The notes: generated from the letters alone by a model not told the origin. A stretch of DNA of 64,000 nucleotides from Clostridia bacterium (GCA_002919235.1 PKEX01000009.1:67617-131616); one strand, 5' to 3'. Counted from the stretch's first letter, positions 27,717-42,728 are shown. Translations and numbers: made by a program.

Positions 27717-28997
27717 TCATCCCGCCGGCGCGATCCGCTCCACACCGCCCATGTACGGCACCAGTACGTCGGGAATCCGCACGCTGCCGTCCTCCTCCTG
27801 GTAGTTCTCGAGAATGGCAGCCAGCGTGCGGCCGACGGCCAGACCTGAGCCGTTGAGGGTGTGCACGTACTCCGCTTTGGCGCCGGGCTCCCTGCGGAAG
27901 CGGATCTCCGCCCGCCGGGCCTGGAAGTCTTCGAAGTTGCTGCACGACGAGATCTCCACGTACCGCCCGTAGCTGGGCATCCACACCTCGAGGTCGTACG
28001 TCTTGGCCGACGAGAACGTGAGGTCGCCGGTGCACAGGGCCACCACCCGGTACGGCAGCCCCAGCCGCTGGAGCACGTCCTCGGCGTCCCGCACCAGCGA
28101 CTCCAGTTCGTCGTAGGACGTCTCGGGCTTCACCAGCTTCACCAGTTCCACCTTGTCGAACTGGTGCTGGCGGATGAGCCCCCGGGTGTCCCGGCCGTGG
28201 GCGCCCGCCTCCGCCCGGAAGCACGGCGAGTACGCCGTGTAGTACAGCGGCAGCTCGGCGCCGTCGATGATCTCGCCCATGCGGTAGTTGGTCACCGGCA
28301 CTTCCGCGGTGGGGATCAGGTAGTAGTCGGTCCCCTCCACCCGGAACATGTCGGCGGCGAACTTGGGCAGCTGCCCGGTGCCGGTCATGCTGGCGTCGTT
28401 GGCCATAAAGGGCGGCCAGAGCTCGGTGTAGCCGTGCTCCCGGGTGTGCAGGTCCAGCATGAACTGGATCAGCGCCCGCTCCAGCCGGGCGCCCAACCCT
28501 TTCAGAAACGCGAACCGGGCCCCCGTCACCTTGGCGGCCCGCTCGAAGTCGATGATGTCCAGCGAGACGCCCAGCTCCCAGTGGGGCTTGGGCTCAAAGC
28601 CGAACTGCCGGGGCTCGCCGGCCCGGCGCACCTCCACGTTGTCCGCGTCGCTCCGGCCGTCGGGGACGCTCGCGTGGGGGATGTTGGGAACCTGCAGGAG
28701 CAGCTCCTTGAGGCGGGCTTCGAGCCCTTCCACCTCCTGCTCCATGGCCTTGATGCGGGCCGCCACTTCCCGCATGCGCTCGATGGCCTCGCTCGCGTCC
28801 TTCCCCTGCCGCTTGGCCAGGCCGATGGCCTCCGAAGCCTCGTTGCGCTCGGCCTTGAGCCGCTCCAGGGCAGTGAGCTTTTCCCGCCACGCCCTGTCCA
28901 CCTCGATGAGCTCGTCCACCGGCACCTCGGCACCCCGCCGGCGCATCCCTTCTTTGAGCGCGTCGGGATGAGCCCGGATCCACTTCAAGTCCAGCAT
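27717..28997 (-). CDS. serS: Serine--tRNA ligase
   Basis: MLDLKWIR, coiled-coil arm, [48 protein letters not shown]. Confidence 0.97.
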   Translation of the reverse strand: MLDLKWIRAHPDALKEGMRRRGAEVPVDELIEVDRAWREKLTALERLKAERNEASEAIGLAKRQGKDASEAIERMREVAARIKAMEQEVEGLEARLKELLLQVPNIPHASVPDGRSDADNVEVRRAGEPRQFGFEPKPHWELGVSLDIIDFERAAKVTGARFAFLKGLGARLERALIQFMLDLHTREHGYTELWPPFMANDASMTGTGQLPKFAADMFRVEGTDYYLIPTAEVPVTNYRMGEIIDGAELPLYYTAYSPCFRAEAGAHGRDTRGLIRQHQFDKVELVKLVKPETSYDELESLVRDAEDVLQRLGLPYRVVALCTGDLTFSSAKTYDLEVWMPSYGRYVEISSCSNFEDFQARRAEIRFRREPGAKAEYVHTLNGSGLAVGRTLAAILENYQEEDGSVRIPDVLVPYMGGVERIAPAG

Positions 28998-29044
28998 TCT
29001 CTACCACCTCTCCTTCCGCCGTAGATCTCGCAGCAGCGGTCGTA

Positions 29045-29482
29045 CAAAAAACAAGAACCCGTCCCTTCCAGGGACGGGTCCGTAGCCCGCGTTGCCACCC
29101 TGCTTGGCAAGCCGGTTCTTCACCTCCGCGGACCTGCGCCCGCGCAAACCTTGCGCCGCGCAGCCCGTGCTCGCCCGCTCCGGTGGGTGATAACGGTCCC
29201 GGCCGTCGTCGCTTCGCCCACCGCTCCTCCCGCTCTCCGCCGGCGACCCCGCAAGGCTCTTACGTCCCGGGGAGAACCGGCCCCTCCTCCGCGAGGGGCC
29301 GCCGCGAGAACAGCATGATCCTCCCGGAAGAGGCAGTGGGTTACCGCGCGCCGCTCGTGAGGTGGAAACGCCCCGTCCGGCCACCGGTTTGCACCATGGA
29401 CCGCCGTCCGCCCGCCTTCGGGCGGGGGCGGCCCTCCCGGCTCTCTAGAGGTCCGGGTGCGAAGCGCCGTCCCCGTCATCGC
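29045..29482 (-). ncRNA. T-box riboswitch leader of serS (Ser specifier) with terminator
   Basis: Minus strand GCGATGA kink-turn start, AGAGAG, GGTGCAA, specifier TCC at 29364-29366, CCGTTATC, T-box AAGCAGGGTGGCAACGCG, terminator ACCCGTCCCT/AGGGACGGGT plus T-run. Confidence 0.88.
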
Positions 29483-29604
29483 GTTCTTTTCCTCTAAGAA
29501 GCCGCCGCGACCCGTGCCTGGCGGTGGGCCGGCAGCGAGCCCGTGCTGCGACCCGCCTGCCGGCTCGCGGCTTGGCTTGATGATAGCGCATCCTGCTCGC
29601 CATT

Positions 29605-31521
29605 TCAAGCCGTAGGCGCCGGCCGCCAGCGCTCCGCCGCCACCGCCCGCTGGTAGACGCCGTCGGTCACGGCGAAGAACAGCGCGTAGATGACCAAGTA
29701 CGCCGCGGCCACCAGCCAGCCCAGGGTGAGCACGGGACGGGACATGAGCGTGCTCAGCGCCTTCATCGCGAAGGTGGAGTGCAAAAGGCCCACCGCGAAC
29801 GGCACGAGAAAGACCACCCCGTTTTGGATGCGAGACAGCCTGCGCACCTCGGGCGCATCCACGCCCAGCTCGTAAAGGCGCCCGAAGTACCGCCGGTCGT
29901 CGTCCACCTCGGTGAACAGCCGGAAGTAGAGCAGGCTGCACGTGGCGGCGAAGAAGACCAGCGAGACGAAGACTGCGATGAAGAGAGCGAGGCCGAAGCC
30001 GCTCATGACGTCGTGGTACGCCTGGAGGGTGGTCGTCACCTGATCGCGGAGGTCAGCCCGTTCTGCGATCTCCCGCACGGCCGCCTCCATCGCCCGGCCC
30101 CGCCAGCCGGGGCCTGTCCAGACCGCCAGGCTGAGCGATCCGGCTTGCGGCTGCGCCCCCTTGAGCCGTTGAAACACGGAGTCACTGACCACCACCACTT
30201 CGGTCAATCCCACGGCGCCGTTGAAGAGCCGTCCTGACCCGTCGTGCACCAGGTCGAGGGAGAGCCGCTGGTTCCCCACCACCAGCTGCGCCCGCGCCGG
30301 TGGGGCATCGCCCTCTTGACCGGGGAAGGGGTGGACCACGATGCCCTGCCCGTCGCGGCTCAGGGGGAGGACCTGGCCGTGAGGCCGGTAAAGCGACCGG
30401 TACACTCCGTACGGGATCACATACACCTCTTCGCCGCCCAGTTCCCCGTGGAACAGTTCCACTCGCACCTCGGCCAACGGCACGCCGTGGCGGGCCAGGA
30501 TCTCCCGGACCGCCTCCACGCGGGCCTCGCCGGGATCCTCCGCCGCTTCACGTTCCAGCTGGACCGCCTGGGGCATGAGGTGCTGCACGTCGTCCGCGAC
30601 CACCACAAAGAGCGAGTAGGCGGTGCCCACGGCGCTCAAGATCACCGCGATCAAGAGCGAGACGGCCGTGAGGACCCGGTAGTTCTCCTGCACTCTAAAG
30701 ACGAGCTGGCTCACCACCAGGAAGGGGCGCGGGCGGTAGAAGAACCGCTTGGAGCGGTGCAGCCAGCCCAGCAGGGCGACGGAGCCCTCCCGGAGCAGGA
30801 GGTAGGTTCCCAGCGAGACGATGGCCGTCACCGGGATGACGCCGGCGATGACGGTCATAGGCGAAGGCGCGCTGGCCCAGGCGTACCCCAGGGCCACCAG
30901 GCCCAGGCCCGCCGCGGCCCGGGCGTGCGAGTACGACGGGACGCCCTTGGGCTGCCGCCGCGCCTGGATCAGCTGGACCACGCTGCGGCGGAGCACCCCC
31001 CGCAGCGACACCAGCGACACGACGGCAAAGGACGAACCGAAGACGGCCACCGTCTGGAGCCACACCGGCGCGCCGGCGTAGAGCGGGAGCTCCCGGGGAA
31101 GCCGGAGCAGGGCGCTCACCGCCATGAAGAAGAGCTTGAGAAAGAGAAGCCCGGCGCCCAGCCCGATGGCCAGCGCCGTCACGGCGATGATCAGGTTCTC
31201 CCAGAGGATCATCCGCACCAGCTGGCCGCGGGTAAAGCCCACCAGCGACAAGAGGCCAAACTCCTTCATCCGGTACCGCACGAAGGCCGCGCTGGAGTAC
31301 AGCAGAAAGAGAAAGGTGAAGACGGCGATCACCACGGCGGCGGCCCCGGTCGCGGCGGACACGTACTGAGCGCCGTAGAAGCCGGACCGAAGCTCCGGGT
31401 GGTACGTCAGCGCCGTGTAGAGGAAATAGATGGCCACGGAGAAGACGGCGCTGCCCAGGTAGGCCAGGTACCGCCCCCGGCTTTGCCAGATGTTCTTAAA
31501 GGCCAGGCGCCTCAGGTTCAC
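29605..31521 (-). CDS. BceB-type FtsX-like ABC permease (peptide antibiotic resistance)
   Basis: About 10 TM segments with a large extracellular loop; R.KEFGLL.L.G, LYFRL, F.VP..VG..HS.FA. Confidence 0.88.
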   Translation of the reverse strand: MNLRRLAFKNIWQSRGRYLAYLGSAVFSVAIYFLYTALTYHPELRSGFYGAQYVSAATGAAAVVIAVFTFLFLLYSSAAFVRYRMKEFGLLSLVGFTRGQLVRMILWENLIIAVTALAIGLGAGLLFLKLFFMAVSALLRLPRELPLYAGAPVWLQTVAVFGSSFAVVSLVSLRGVLRRSVVQLIQARRQPKGVPSYSHARAAAGLGLVALGYAWASAPSPMTVIAGVIPVTAIVSLGTYLLLREGSVALLGWLHRSKRFFYRPRPFLVVSQLVFRVQENYRVLTAVSLLIAVILSAVGTAYSLFVVVADDVQHLMPQAVQLEREAAEDPGEARVEAVREILARHGVPLAEVRVELFHGELGGEEVYVIPYGVYRSLYRPHGQVLPLSRDGQGIVVHPFPGQEGDAPPARAQLVVGNQRLSLDLVHDGSGRLFNGAVGLTEVVVVSDSVFQRLKGAQPQAGSLSLAVWTGPGWRGRAMEAAVREIAERADLRDQVTTTLQAYHDVMSGFGLALFIAVFVSLVFFAATCSLLYFRLFTEVDDDRRYFGRLYELGVDAPEVRRLSRIQNGVVFLVPFAVGLLHSTFAMKALSTLMSRPVLTLGWLVAAAYLVIYALFFAVTDGVYQRAVAAERWRPAPTA

Positions 31522-32272
31522 CGTTTCCACCTCCCATCAAGGAGAGCGCGTCCAGGATCCGCTGGAAGAAGAGCTGGCGGCTCTCGCCCCGGTGCAGCTC
31601 GCTGTGGCGCTGCCCGTCCCGGATGAAGATGATCCGCCGGCAGAAGCTGGCCGCAAAGGGATCGTGGGTGACCATGACGATGGTCGCGCCTTGCGAGCGG
31701 TTGAGGTGGGAAAAGGTCTCCATGAGCTCGCGGGCGGCCCGAGAGTCCAGGTTGCCGGTGGGCTCGTCGGCCAAGATCACGGCGGGCCGGTGAATGATGG
31801 CCCGGGCCGCGGCCGCCCGCTGCTGCTGGCCGCCGGAAACCTCATACGGGTACTTGTCGAGGATGTCCCCGATGCCCAGCTGCCCCGCGACCTCCTGCAC
31901 GGCGGCCTGGATCTCGCGGGGTGCGAGCCGCTCCAGCACCAGCGGCAGGGCGATGTTCTCGCCGATGGTCAGAGTGTCCAGCAGGTTGAAATCCTGAAAG
32001 ACAAACCCCAGCTTGCGGCGGCGAAAGGCGGCGAGCTGCGAGCCTTTGAGAGCGGCGGTGTCGACCCCCTCGATCAGCACCTTGCCCGCCGTCGGCCGGT
32101 CGATGGTGGCCAGCAAGTTGAGGAGCGTGGTCTTCCCGCTACCCGAAGGCCCCATGATCCCGACGAATTCGCCCTTTTTCACTTCCAGCGAGAAGTTGGA
32201 GAGGGCGCGCGTCGCCACCTTGCCCTGGCTGGTATACACCTTGGTCAAACCCTCGGTCTGGAGGACGGTCAC
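31496..32272 (-). CDS. BceA-type ABC ATP-binding protein
   Basis: GPSGSGKTTLLN.LATID, VSGGQQQR, LADEPTGNLDS, VTHDPFAASFC. Confidence 0.92.
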   Translation of the reverse strand: MTVLQTEGLTKVYTSQGKVATRALSNFSLEVKKGEFVGIMGPSGSGKTTLLNLLATIDRPTAGKVLIEGVDTAALKGSQLAAFRRRKLGFVFQDFNLLDTLTIGENIALPLVLERLAPREIQAAVQEVAGQLGIGDILDKYPYEVSGGQQQRAAAARAIIHRPAVILADEPTGNLDSRAARELMETFSHLNRSQGATIVMVTHDPFAASFCRRIIFIRDGQRHSELHRGESRQLFFQRILDALSLMGGGNGEPEAPGL

Positions 32273-32364
32273 CGGGCGTACCTCCTTCGCGTGTCGATGG
32301 TGCAGCCTGCCCCGGCGCCATGCGGCCGCCTCCCGGCGCGGCGCCGCGTCGAGGCTGCGCCCTC

Positions 32365-32441
32365 AGTGTACCGCCCGGCCGGCGGACGTGCCATCGCTGG
32401 AGCTTACACAGAAGGGCGGGCATCTTACATTCCTGTCACCT
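32365..32441 (-). promoter_or_regulatory. BceR-type binding site and -10 box
   Basis: Minus strand TGACA-ggaa-TGTAAG, a second TGTAAG half-site downstream, then TACACT; matches the ACA-N4-TGT sites of Bce-like systems. Confidence 0.7.
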
Positions 32442-33569
32442 TTCGCCGGGGAGGGGGGTGGGCGAAAGGCCGGCGTGGAGGGTGCGCTCGGGAGCAAAGT
32501 AGAGCCGCACCCGCGTCCCTTGGCCGGGCGCCGAGGCGATGCGGATCTCGTGCCCCAGGCGCCGGCAGGCCTCCCGGGCAAGGTACAGGCCCATGCCCGT
32601 GGCGCGGGCGTTCATCCTCCCGTTCGCGCCGGTAAAGAAGGGTTCAAACACCCGGCCCAGGTCCTCGGGGGCGATGCCGATCCCGTCATCGGCCACCTCC
32701 AGGACGACGCCGCCGTCTCCGAGCCGCTCAAAGCGGATGCGGACGCTGCCTTCCCGGTCGGGCCGGGCGGAGTACTTGATGGCGTTGGTCAAGACCTGTT
32801 CCAGGATGAGCCGCAGCCACTTGGGGTCGCTCTCCACGGTGAGGCCGGAAGCCGGGCACTGGCCGGGGCCGGGCTCCTCGACCGTGGGATAGACGCGGTG
32901 GGCGATGAACGCCCGCCGGTGGTCGTTCACCACCCGGCGAGCCAGCGCCAGGAGATCGACCTTTTCCACCCTGAGGTCGCCGGAGAAATCGTCCAGGCGG
33001 TTGAGGTTGAGGAGCATCTGCAAGAGCGCGTCGAGACGGGCGTTCTCCTCGGCGATGCTCGCGAGCAGGGCCCGCAGCTCCGGCCCAGGCGCGCGGGAGC
33101 CCAGCTCTCCCGCCAGGTTCGCTGCCTTGTCCAGCTCGAGGTGAATCACCGAAACGGGCGTCTTCATGTGATGCGCCCACTGGCTGATCATGGCGACCCG
33201 CTTCGCGCCGCGCTCCCGCTCTTTCGCCAGTTCGCTCTGGAGCCGGGCGTTCAGCCTCTGCCAGGCGTCGTACACCAGCCGCTGCTCAAGGCTGGCCGGC
33301 TTCTCCAGGGCGCCCAGCGCGTCGAGGTCGTCCGCGGCTGCGGCCTCCTCAAGGCTCCGGCAAAACCCGCGGCTTCGGCGGTACTCGTAGAGGAGAAAAA
33401 GAAAGAGGCCCACGAGACCCAGGAGCAGGAGGTACGCGACGTTGACATAGCGCAGCGAGGCGCCGGAAATCGCCAGGTCCAGCTGGACGACGGCCACCAC
33501 CACGAACCCGAAGATGAGATACGCGGCGATGTACGCCGCGCGATCCCGCAGGAAATGGCTGAGCTTCAC
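32436..33569 (-). CDS. BceS-type intramembrane-sensing histidine kinase
   Basis: Two close TM segments, QWAHHMKTPVS, SDPKWL..ILEQ.LTNAIKYS, ATGMGLYL. Confidence 0.9.
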   Translation of the reverse strand: MKLSHFLRDRAAYIAAYLIFGFVVVAVVQLDLAISGASLRYVNVAYLLLLGLVGLFLFLLYEYRRSRGFCRSLEEAAAADDLDALGALEKPASLEQRLVYDAWQRLNARLQSELAKERERGAKRVAMISQWAHHMKTPVSVIHLELDKAANLAGELGSRAPGPELRALLASIAEENARLDALLQMLLNLNRLDDFSGDLRVEKVDLLALARRVVNDHRRAFIAHRVYPTVEEPGPGQCPASGLTVESDPKWLRLILEQVLTNAIKYSARPDREGSVRIRFERLGDGGVVLEVADDGIGIAPEDLGRVFEPFFTGANGRMNARATGMGLYLAREACRRLGHEIRIASAPGQGTRVRLYFAPERTLHAGLSPTPLPGER

Positions 33570-33600
33570 GACGCCTGCCCCCTTCTCCCGCGCCCCGTGG

Positions 33601-34302
33601 CTACTCCCCGACGAACAAGCGATACCCCTGGCCCCGCTTGGTCTCGATGGCGTCTTCAAGCCCCAGCTCCGCGAGGCGCCGCCGCAGCCGGGCCACGTTC
33701 ACCGTGAGCGTGTTGTCGTCGACGAAGTGCACGTCGTCCCAGAGCGCCTCCAGCAAATCCTCACGGGCCACGATCTGCCCGTGGCGCTCCATGAGCAGCG
33801 AGAGCAGCCGGGCTTCTTTGGGCGCGAGTTCCACTTCCTTGTCGCCGCAGCTGGCCCGGTTGTCGCTGCGGCGCAGCCAAAGCTTTCCGGCCCGGATCAC
33901 ATCGGCTTCGGGGCCCAGGGCGTATTCGCCGTACGTCCGCCGGATGAGGCTTTGGATCTTGGCGATGGCCAGCTCCAAGGTGAAAGGTTTCGTAATGTAA
34001 TCGTCGCCCCCGTTTTCCAGCGCCCGCACCTGGTCGAAATCGCTGTCCCGGGCGGAGATGAAGATGATGGGCACCTTGGAGAGGGTCCGGATCTGCCGGC
34101 ACCAGTAGAAGCCGTCGTAACGGGGGAGGTTGATGTCCAGCAGGACCAGGTCGGGTTTGAGCGCCATGAACTCCTCTTTCACCCGGCCGGGATCGACGGC
34201 CCGGACCACGTCGTAGCCGAAACGCTCCAGCTCGCCGGCGAGCACCGAGGCCAGCTTTTCATCGTCTTCCACCACCATGATGCGAAACGGACGGCCGTGC
34301 AC
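33601..34302 (-). CDS. BceR-type response regulator
   Basis: LLDINLP.YDGFYWCRQIR..S.VPIIFISAR, DDNTLTVNV.RLR. Confidence 0.92.
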   Translation of the reverse strand: MHGRPFRIMVVEDDEKLASVLAGELERFGYDVVRAVDPGRVKEEFMALKPDLVLLDINLPRYDGFYWCRQIRTLSKVPIIFISARDSDFDQVRALENGGDDYITKPFTLELAIAKIQSLIRRTYGEYALGPEADVIRAGKLWLRRSDNRASCGDKEVELAPKEARLLSLLMERHGQIVAREDLLEALWDDVHFVDDNTLTVNVARLRRRLAELGLEDAIETKRGQGYRLFVGE

Positions 34303-34308
34303 GCCTGG

Positions 34309-35940
34309 TCACGCTCCCGGTCGATGGTCCTGCTCCGAGGGATCGTCGCCGCTCGCCCCCGGTTCACCCTGCTTGAGGGCCTCCTGGAGCGCGGTCTCCA
34401 CCCGGCGCCGCTCCATCTTTTGCCGCAGCCGCCGCTCGAGGAGCCTGGCCCGCAACCGCCGCACCACCCGCCCCGGCAGCTGGGCCGCCTCGTGCGGCAG
34501 GCGTTTGAGGGCCCCGGCGGAGACGGGGATGAAGTCGCGCCAGGTGACCGGCCGCTCGTGCGCCGTCTTGAGCCGGTAGGCGAAGGCCCACCACGCGGCG
34601 AGGCGGATCAGCGTCGACGCCAGGAACACCGGCCGGGCGCCGAACAAGTCGGCGGCCACTCCGCCCAGGATGGGCCCGGTGAACTGCGAGAGGCCGATTA
34701 GGGCGTTGTACGCGGCCACGTACGTGCTGCGCCCCCGGTCCGGCGTCACCTCGAGGAGCAGGTTGAAGGCGGCCAGGTTGAACCCGGCCCAGCCCAGCCC
34801 CGACAGCAAGTTGATCCACAGGGCGTGCTCGGGCCTGTAGGCCAAGAACCAAAGCCCCGGGATGACGCCCGCGATGATCCCTCCGGCCACCAGGACGCTG
34901 CGCCCGCCGAACTGGTCATTGAGCCGGCCCCAGTACCGCTGCCCCAGCACGGTAGTGAAGAACGTGGACGCCGACACCACGCCCCAAAAGCCGGGCGTCC
35001 CGCCCAGCACCTCCACGAAGTGCACCGGAAACAGCGGCTGCGGCGCCATGACGCCAAAGTTCCAGACCGCCGAGGCCAGGGCGTAGGTCACAAAGCTTTT
35101 TTCCTGCCGCACGCCGGCGAGGAACTCCTGCAGGTTGAAACCGGCCGCGGGCCGGCCTTGCGCGCGCCGCCGCCAACCCGGCCCTCGCCTGCGCGCCGGA
35201 GCCGCACCCGCCTCCTGCCCGGCGCGCGCTGCCAGCCGCGCCGGCGCGTCGAAGTCGGGAAAGCGGGTGGTGGCGCAGCCCGCGGCCAAGCCGAAGGCGG
35301 CGGCGATGAGAAACACCGCTTGGTAGCCTACCGGTTCACCGAGGTACCGGAGGACTGCGCCGGAGGCCAGCGTGGCCGTGAACGCCGAAAGGTTGATCAA
35401 GATGTTCCGGTTGCTGAAGTAAGCGCCCCGTATGCTGCGGGGGGTCATATCCGCCATCAGCGACGTCCAGGCCGGCATCGACGCCGCCGCGAACACCGAC
35501 CGCAAGGCCAGCAGCGCGATGTAGGCCAGCACCGCCGCCCCGGGGGACACGGCGAAGTAGGGGATCAAGGCGATGGGCAGCCACGAGACCCGCATGCCGC
35601 CGCCCCCGATGACCCAGAACGCCTTGCGGCGCTGAAGACGGTCCGAAAGGATGGCAAAAGGAATCTGGAGCACGTTGGTAAGCAGGGCGGGCAGGGCGTT
35701 GACCAAACCGATCTGGGTGTTGCTGGCTCCCAGCGACAGGGCGTACAAGGAGACGTACGGGCCGGCGAAGTTGTCGCTGGCCAGGGCCAGGACCCCTTCG
35801 ACGTTGGCGACCCGCATCGCCCGCCGGGTCTCTTCTCCCAGTCCAGGGTCGCCGTCTAACCGGGGGGATTCGCTCTCGCGCACCGCGCTCACCGCCAGCG
35901 CCTCCTCAACCGTCATGGGTCGCCGTGCTCCCGTGCTCAC
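34309..35940 (-). CDS. MFS transporter
   Basis: About 12 TM segments, LSDRLQRRK and WGRLNDQFGGR loops; basic C-terminal tail. Confidence 0.85.
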   Translation of the reverse strand: MSTGARRPMTVEEALAVSAVRESESPRLDGDPGLGEETRRAMRVANVEGVLALASDNFAGPYVSLYALSLGASNTQIGLVNALPALLTNVLQIPFAILSDRLQRRKAFWVIGGGGMRVSWLPIALIPYFAVSPGAAVLAYIALLALRSVFAAASMPAWTSLMADMTPRSIRGAYFSNRNILINLSAFTATLASGAVLRYLGEPVGYQAVFLIAAAFGLAAGCATTRFPDFDAPARLAARAGQEAGAAPARRRGPGWRRRAQGRPAAGFNLQEFLAGVRQEKSFVTYALASAVWNFGVMAPQPLFPVHFVEVLGGTPGFWGVVSASTFFTTVLGQRYWGRLNDQFGGRSVLVAGGIIAGVIPGLWFLAYRPEHALWINLLSGLGWAGFNLAAFNLLLEVTPDRGRSTYVAAYNALIGLSQFTGPILGGVAADLFGARPVFLASTLIRLAAWWAFAYRLKTAHERPVTWRDFIPVSAGALKRLPHEAAQLPGRVVRRLRARLLERRLRQKMERRRVETALQEALKQGEPGASGDDPSEQDHRPGA

Positions 35941-35942
35941 GC

Positions 35943-38730
<2,788 letters not shown>

Positions 38731-38737
38731 GGCCGGC

Positions 38738-39319
38738 GTGATCTTGCCCATCCGGGCCTACGGCGACCCCGTCCTGCGGGAGCGGGCCCACGAGGTGAAA
38801 GAGGACTCGCCCGAGCTGCAGAAGCTGATCGACGACATGATCGACACCATGCGCCGGGCGAACGGCCAGGGCCTGGCTGCCCCCCAGGTGGGACAGCCGG
38901 TCCGCGTCTTCGTGGCCGATCTCCGGCACGCGTGGAAATCCCTCGCGCCCCGGGACCGGCCCGAGATTCCCCGCCAGCCCATGGTGGTGATCAACCCTGA
39001 GATCGTTGAGGCGAGCGAGGCTACGGCGGAGTTCGACGAAGGCTGCCTCTCGGTGCCGGGAATCGTGGTCCCGGTGAAGCGGCCGATCCGGGTCACCTTG
39101 CGGTACCTGGACCGCACGTTCACCCCCAGGACCATCGAGGGATTCAGCACGGTGGCTTCCGTGCTCCAGCACGAGTTTGACCACCTCGAAGGTGTCCTGC
39201 ATATCGACCGGCTTTCCGCTTTGGCCAGGGCGCGGCTTCGCCCGCAGCTGCGCAAGATCGAGCAGGGGAAAGTGGAGACGCCCTACCCGATGCAGTTCCC
39301 AAAGGATGCGGGGCGCTAG
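38738..39319 (+). CDS. def: Peptide deformylase
   Basis: G.GLAAPQVG, EGCLSVP, QHEFDHL.G. Confidence 0.93.
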   Translation: MILPIRAYGDPVLRERAHEVKEDSPELQKLIDDMIDTMRRANGQGLAAPQVGQPVRVFVADLRHAWKSLAPRDRPEIPRQPMVVINPEIVEASEATAEFDEGCLSVPGIVVPVKRPIRVTLRYLDRTFTPRTIEGFSTVASVLQHEFDHLEGVLHIDRLSALARARLRPQLRKIEQGKVETPYPMQFPKDAGR

Positions 39320-39347
39320 GCCCGCTGCCCGGAGTCTGGCAGGCGCA

Positions 39348-39381
39348 AAAAGCCCGGTGGGCCTGTTCCCACCGGGCTTTT
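39348..39381. terminator. Bidirectional terminator between def and glyA
   Basis: AAAAGCCCGGTGGG-loop-CCCACCGGGCTTTT. Confidence 0.8.
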
Positions 39382-39429
39382 CCCCAAAACGCGGCCGTCC
39401 GGAGAGCTGCTCCACCGGAAGGAGAGCGC

Positions 39430-40710
<1,281 letters not shown>

Positions 40711-40724
40711 GGCCCGAGCTCCTT

Positions 40725-42086
40725 TCATCTGCCGACCTTCGGCAAGTCTTTCAGTGCCTCTTGGATCAGCTCGTCGGGGTACTCGTAGTCTTCGAGCTTT
40801 CCGGCGAGGTAGGCGTCGTATGCTGCCAGGTCGAAATGGCCGTGCCCCGAGAGCCCGAAGAGGATGGTGCGGGGCTCTCCCACTTCCTTGGCCGCCAGGG
40901 CCTCCTCGATGGCGGCCTGCACCGCGTGGGCCGACTCCGGCGCCGGCAAGATCCCTTCGTGGCGGGCGAAGAGCACGGCCCCCTCAAAGATCTTCCGCTG
41001 CGGCAGCGCCTTGGCTTCGATAAATCCTTCGTGATAGAGCTGGCTGACCAAGGGCGAGTCTCCGTGATACCGGAGCCCGCCGGCGTGGATGCCGGGCGGC
41101 ATAAAGGTGTGGCCCAGGGTGTACATGAGCATCATGGGCGCGAGCTTCGCCGTGTCGCCGAAGTCGTAGGCGTAGTGCCCCTTGGTGAGCGTGGGACATG
41201 CCGTAGGCTCCACCGCGACGGCCCGCACCTCCTTGCTCCCCGCAAACTTGTCCGCCAGGAACGGGAACGCCAGGCCGCCGAAGTTGCTGCCGCCGCCGCA
41301 GGCGCCGATGACCACGTCGGGGTAGTCGCCCACCAGCTCCAGCTGCTTCTTGGCCTCAAGCCCGATCACGGTCTGGTGCATGAGAACGTGGTTGAGGACG
41401 CTTCCCAGGGCGTACTTGGTGTCCTCGTGGGTCGCGGCGTCCTCCGCCGCCTCGCTGATGGCGATCCCCAGGCTCCCGGGCGAGTCGGGGTCGGCCTCCA
41501 GGATCGTGCGGCCCGCTTGCGTGCGGGTGCTGGGGGAGGGGATCACCTCCGCGCCCCACACCTGCATCAGGGAGCGGCGGTACGGCTTTTGCTCGTAGCT
41601 CACCTTCACCATGTACACGGTGCACTCAAGGCCGAAAAGGCTGCAGGCCAGGCTCAGCGCGCTGCCCCACTGGCCGGCGCCCGTCTCCGTCGCCAGGCGC
41701 TTTACGCCTTCCTTCTTGTTGTAATAGGCCTGGGCGACGGCAGTGTTGGGCTTGTGGCTCCCGGCCGGGCTGACGCCTTCGTACTTGTAATAGATCTTGG
41801 CCGGGGTCCCGAGCGCCTGCTCCAGCCGCCGGGCCCGGTAGAGCGGGGTGGGCCGCCAGAGGCGGTAGATGTCCAGCACTTCCCCGGGGATGTCGACCCA
41901 GCGCTCCTGGCTCACCTCTTGCTCGATGATGGCCATGGGAAAGAGCGGGGCGAGATCGTCGGGCTTCACCGGTTCGCCCGTCGCCGGGTGCAGCGGCGGC
42001 GCCGGCGGATTGGGCATGTCCGCCATGATGTTGTACCACTGCCGCGGCATCTGCCCTTCGTCCAGCAGGATCTTGGTGTAGCTCAT
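40725..42086 (-). CDS. trpB: Tryptophan synthase beta-like protein (TrpB2)
   Basis: [52 protein letters not shown] (TrpB2 signature). Confidence 0.92.
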   Translation of the reverse strand: MSYTKILLDEGQMPRQWYNIMADMPNPPAPPLHPATGEPVKPDDLAPLFPMAIIEQEVSQERWVDIPGEVLDIYRLWRPTPLYRARRLEQALGTPAKIYYKYEGVSPAGSHKPNTAVAQAYYNKKEGVKRLATETGAGQWGSALSLACSLFGLECTVYMVKVSYEQKPYRRSLMQVWGAEVIPSPSTRTQAGRTILEADPDSPGSLGIAISEAAEDAATHEDTKYALGSVLNHVLMHQTVIGLEAKKQLELVGDYPDVVIGACGGGSNFGGLAFPFLADKFAGSKEVRAVAVEPTACPTLTKGHYAYDFGDTAKLAPMMLMYTLGHTFMPPGIHAGGLRYHGDSPLVSQLYHEGFIEAKALPQRKIFEGAVLFARHEGILPAPESAHAVQAAIEEALAAKEVGEPRTILFGLSGHGHFDLAAYDAYLAGKLEDYEYPDELIQEALKDLPKVGR

Positions 42087-42434
42087 TCCGTCGGCCGGGG
42101 GCGCTCCCTCCGTGCACCCCGGCCTCCACCTCCCGGTCGCTTGGTAGCCGTTGTTGGATCGGCAAAACGGCGGGTGACAATCGGGTCGCAGCCGCTGCGG
42201 CGGCCGACGGCGCGGCCCGTTCCGGCGCGACGAAACGGCAACCTACTTCGGCAAAGGAATACCGCCTCCTCCTGCCTTGGGGAGCGCCCTCTCCAAGGCT
42301 CCCCGTCCCGCCCCGGGCGGCTCGCGGCGACATAGCGCCCCGGCGCCGGGCGTACCGTTAGGAAGGACGAGCAGAAAAGGGGAGCGGGTGGCGATGCCGT
42401 GTTTCACAGCTCCCGTGCGAGGTCGGGTGAACGC

Positions 42435-42707
42435 ATGGTAGGCGACGAGTCGCGCATCGTCTGGGGCATGGCGCTGTTTCGGATTTTCTCCGCCGCGGTG
42501 GAGTTTACCGCCGCCCTGTTGATGCTCCGCTTCCAGCGGGTGGAGACGGCGTTTCAGATCAACGCCGCCCTGGGTCTTTTCGGCCCATCGATCATGGTGA
42601 TCGTCAGCGTGCTGGGCCTGGTGGGCCTTGCCGGCCGCATCCCGTTCAACCGATTGGCCCTGGTGGCCGCCGGGGTGATGCTGATCCTCTACGCAGCACG
42701 AAAGTGA
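42435..42707 (+). CDS. yqhV: YqhV (DUF2619) family membrane protein
   Basis: MA..R..SA.VE..AALLM......E.A..INA.L.L.GP......S.LGL.GLA. Confidence 0.78.
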   Translation: MVGDESRIVWGMALFRIFSAAVEFTAALLMLRFQRVETAFQINAALGLFGPSIMVIVSVLGLVGLAGRIPFNRLALVAAGVMLILYAARK

Positions 42708-42728
42708 CCAACGGCGCCGGAGCGCCCC

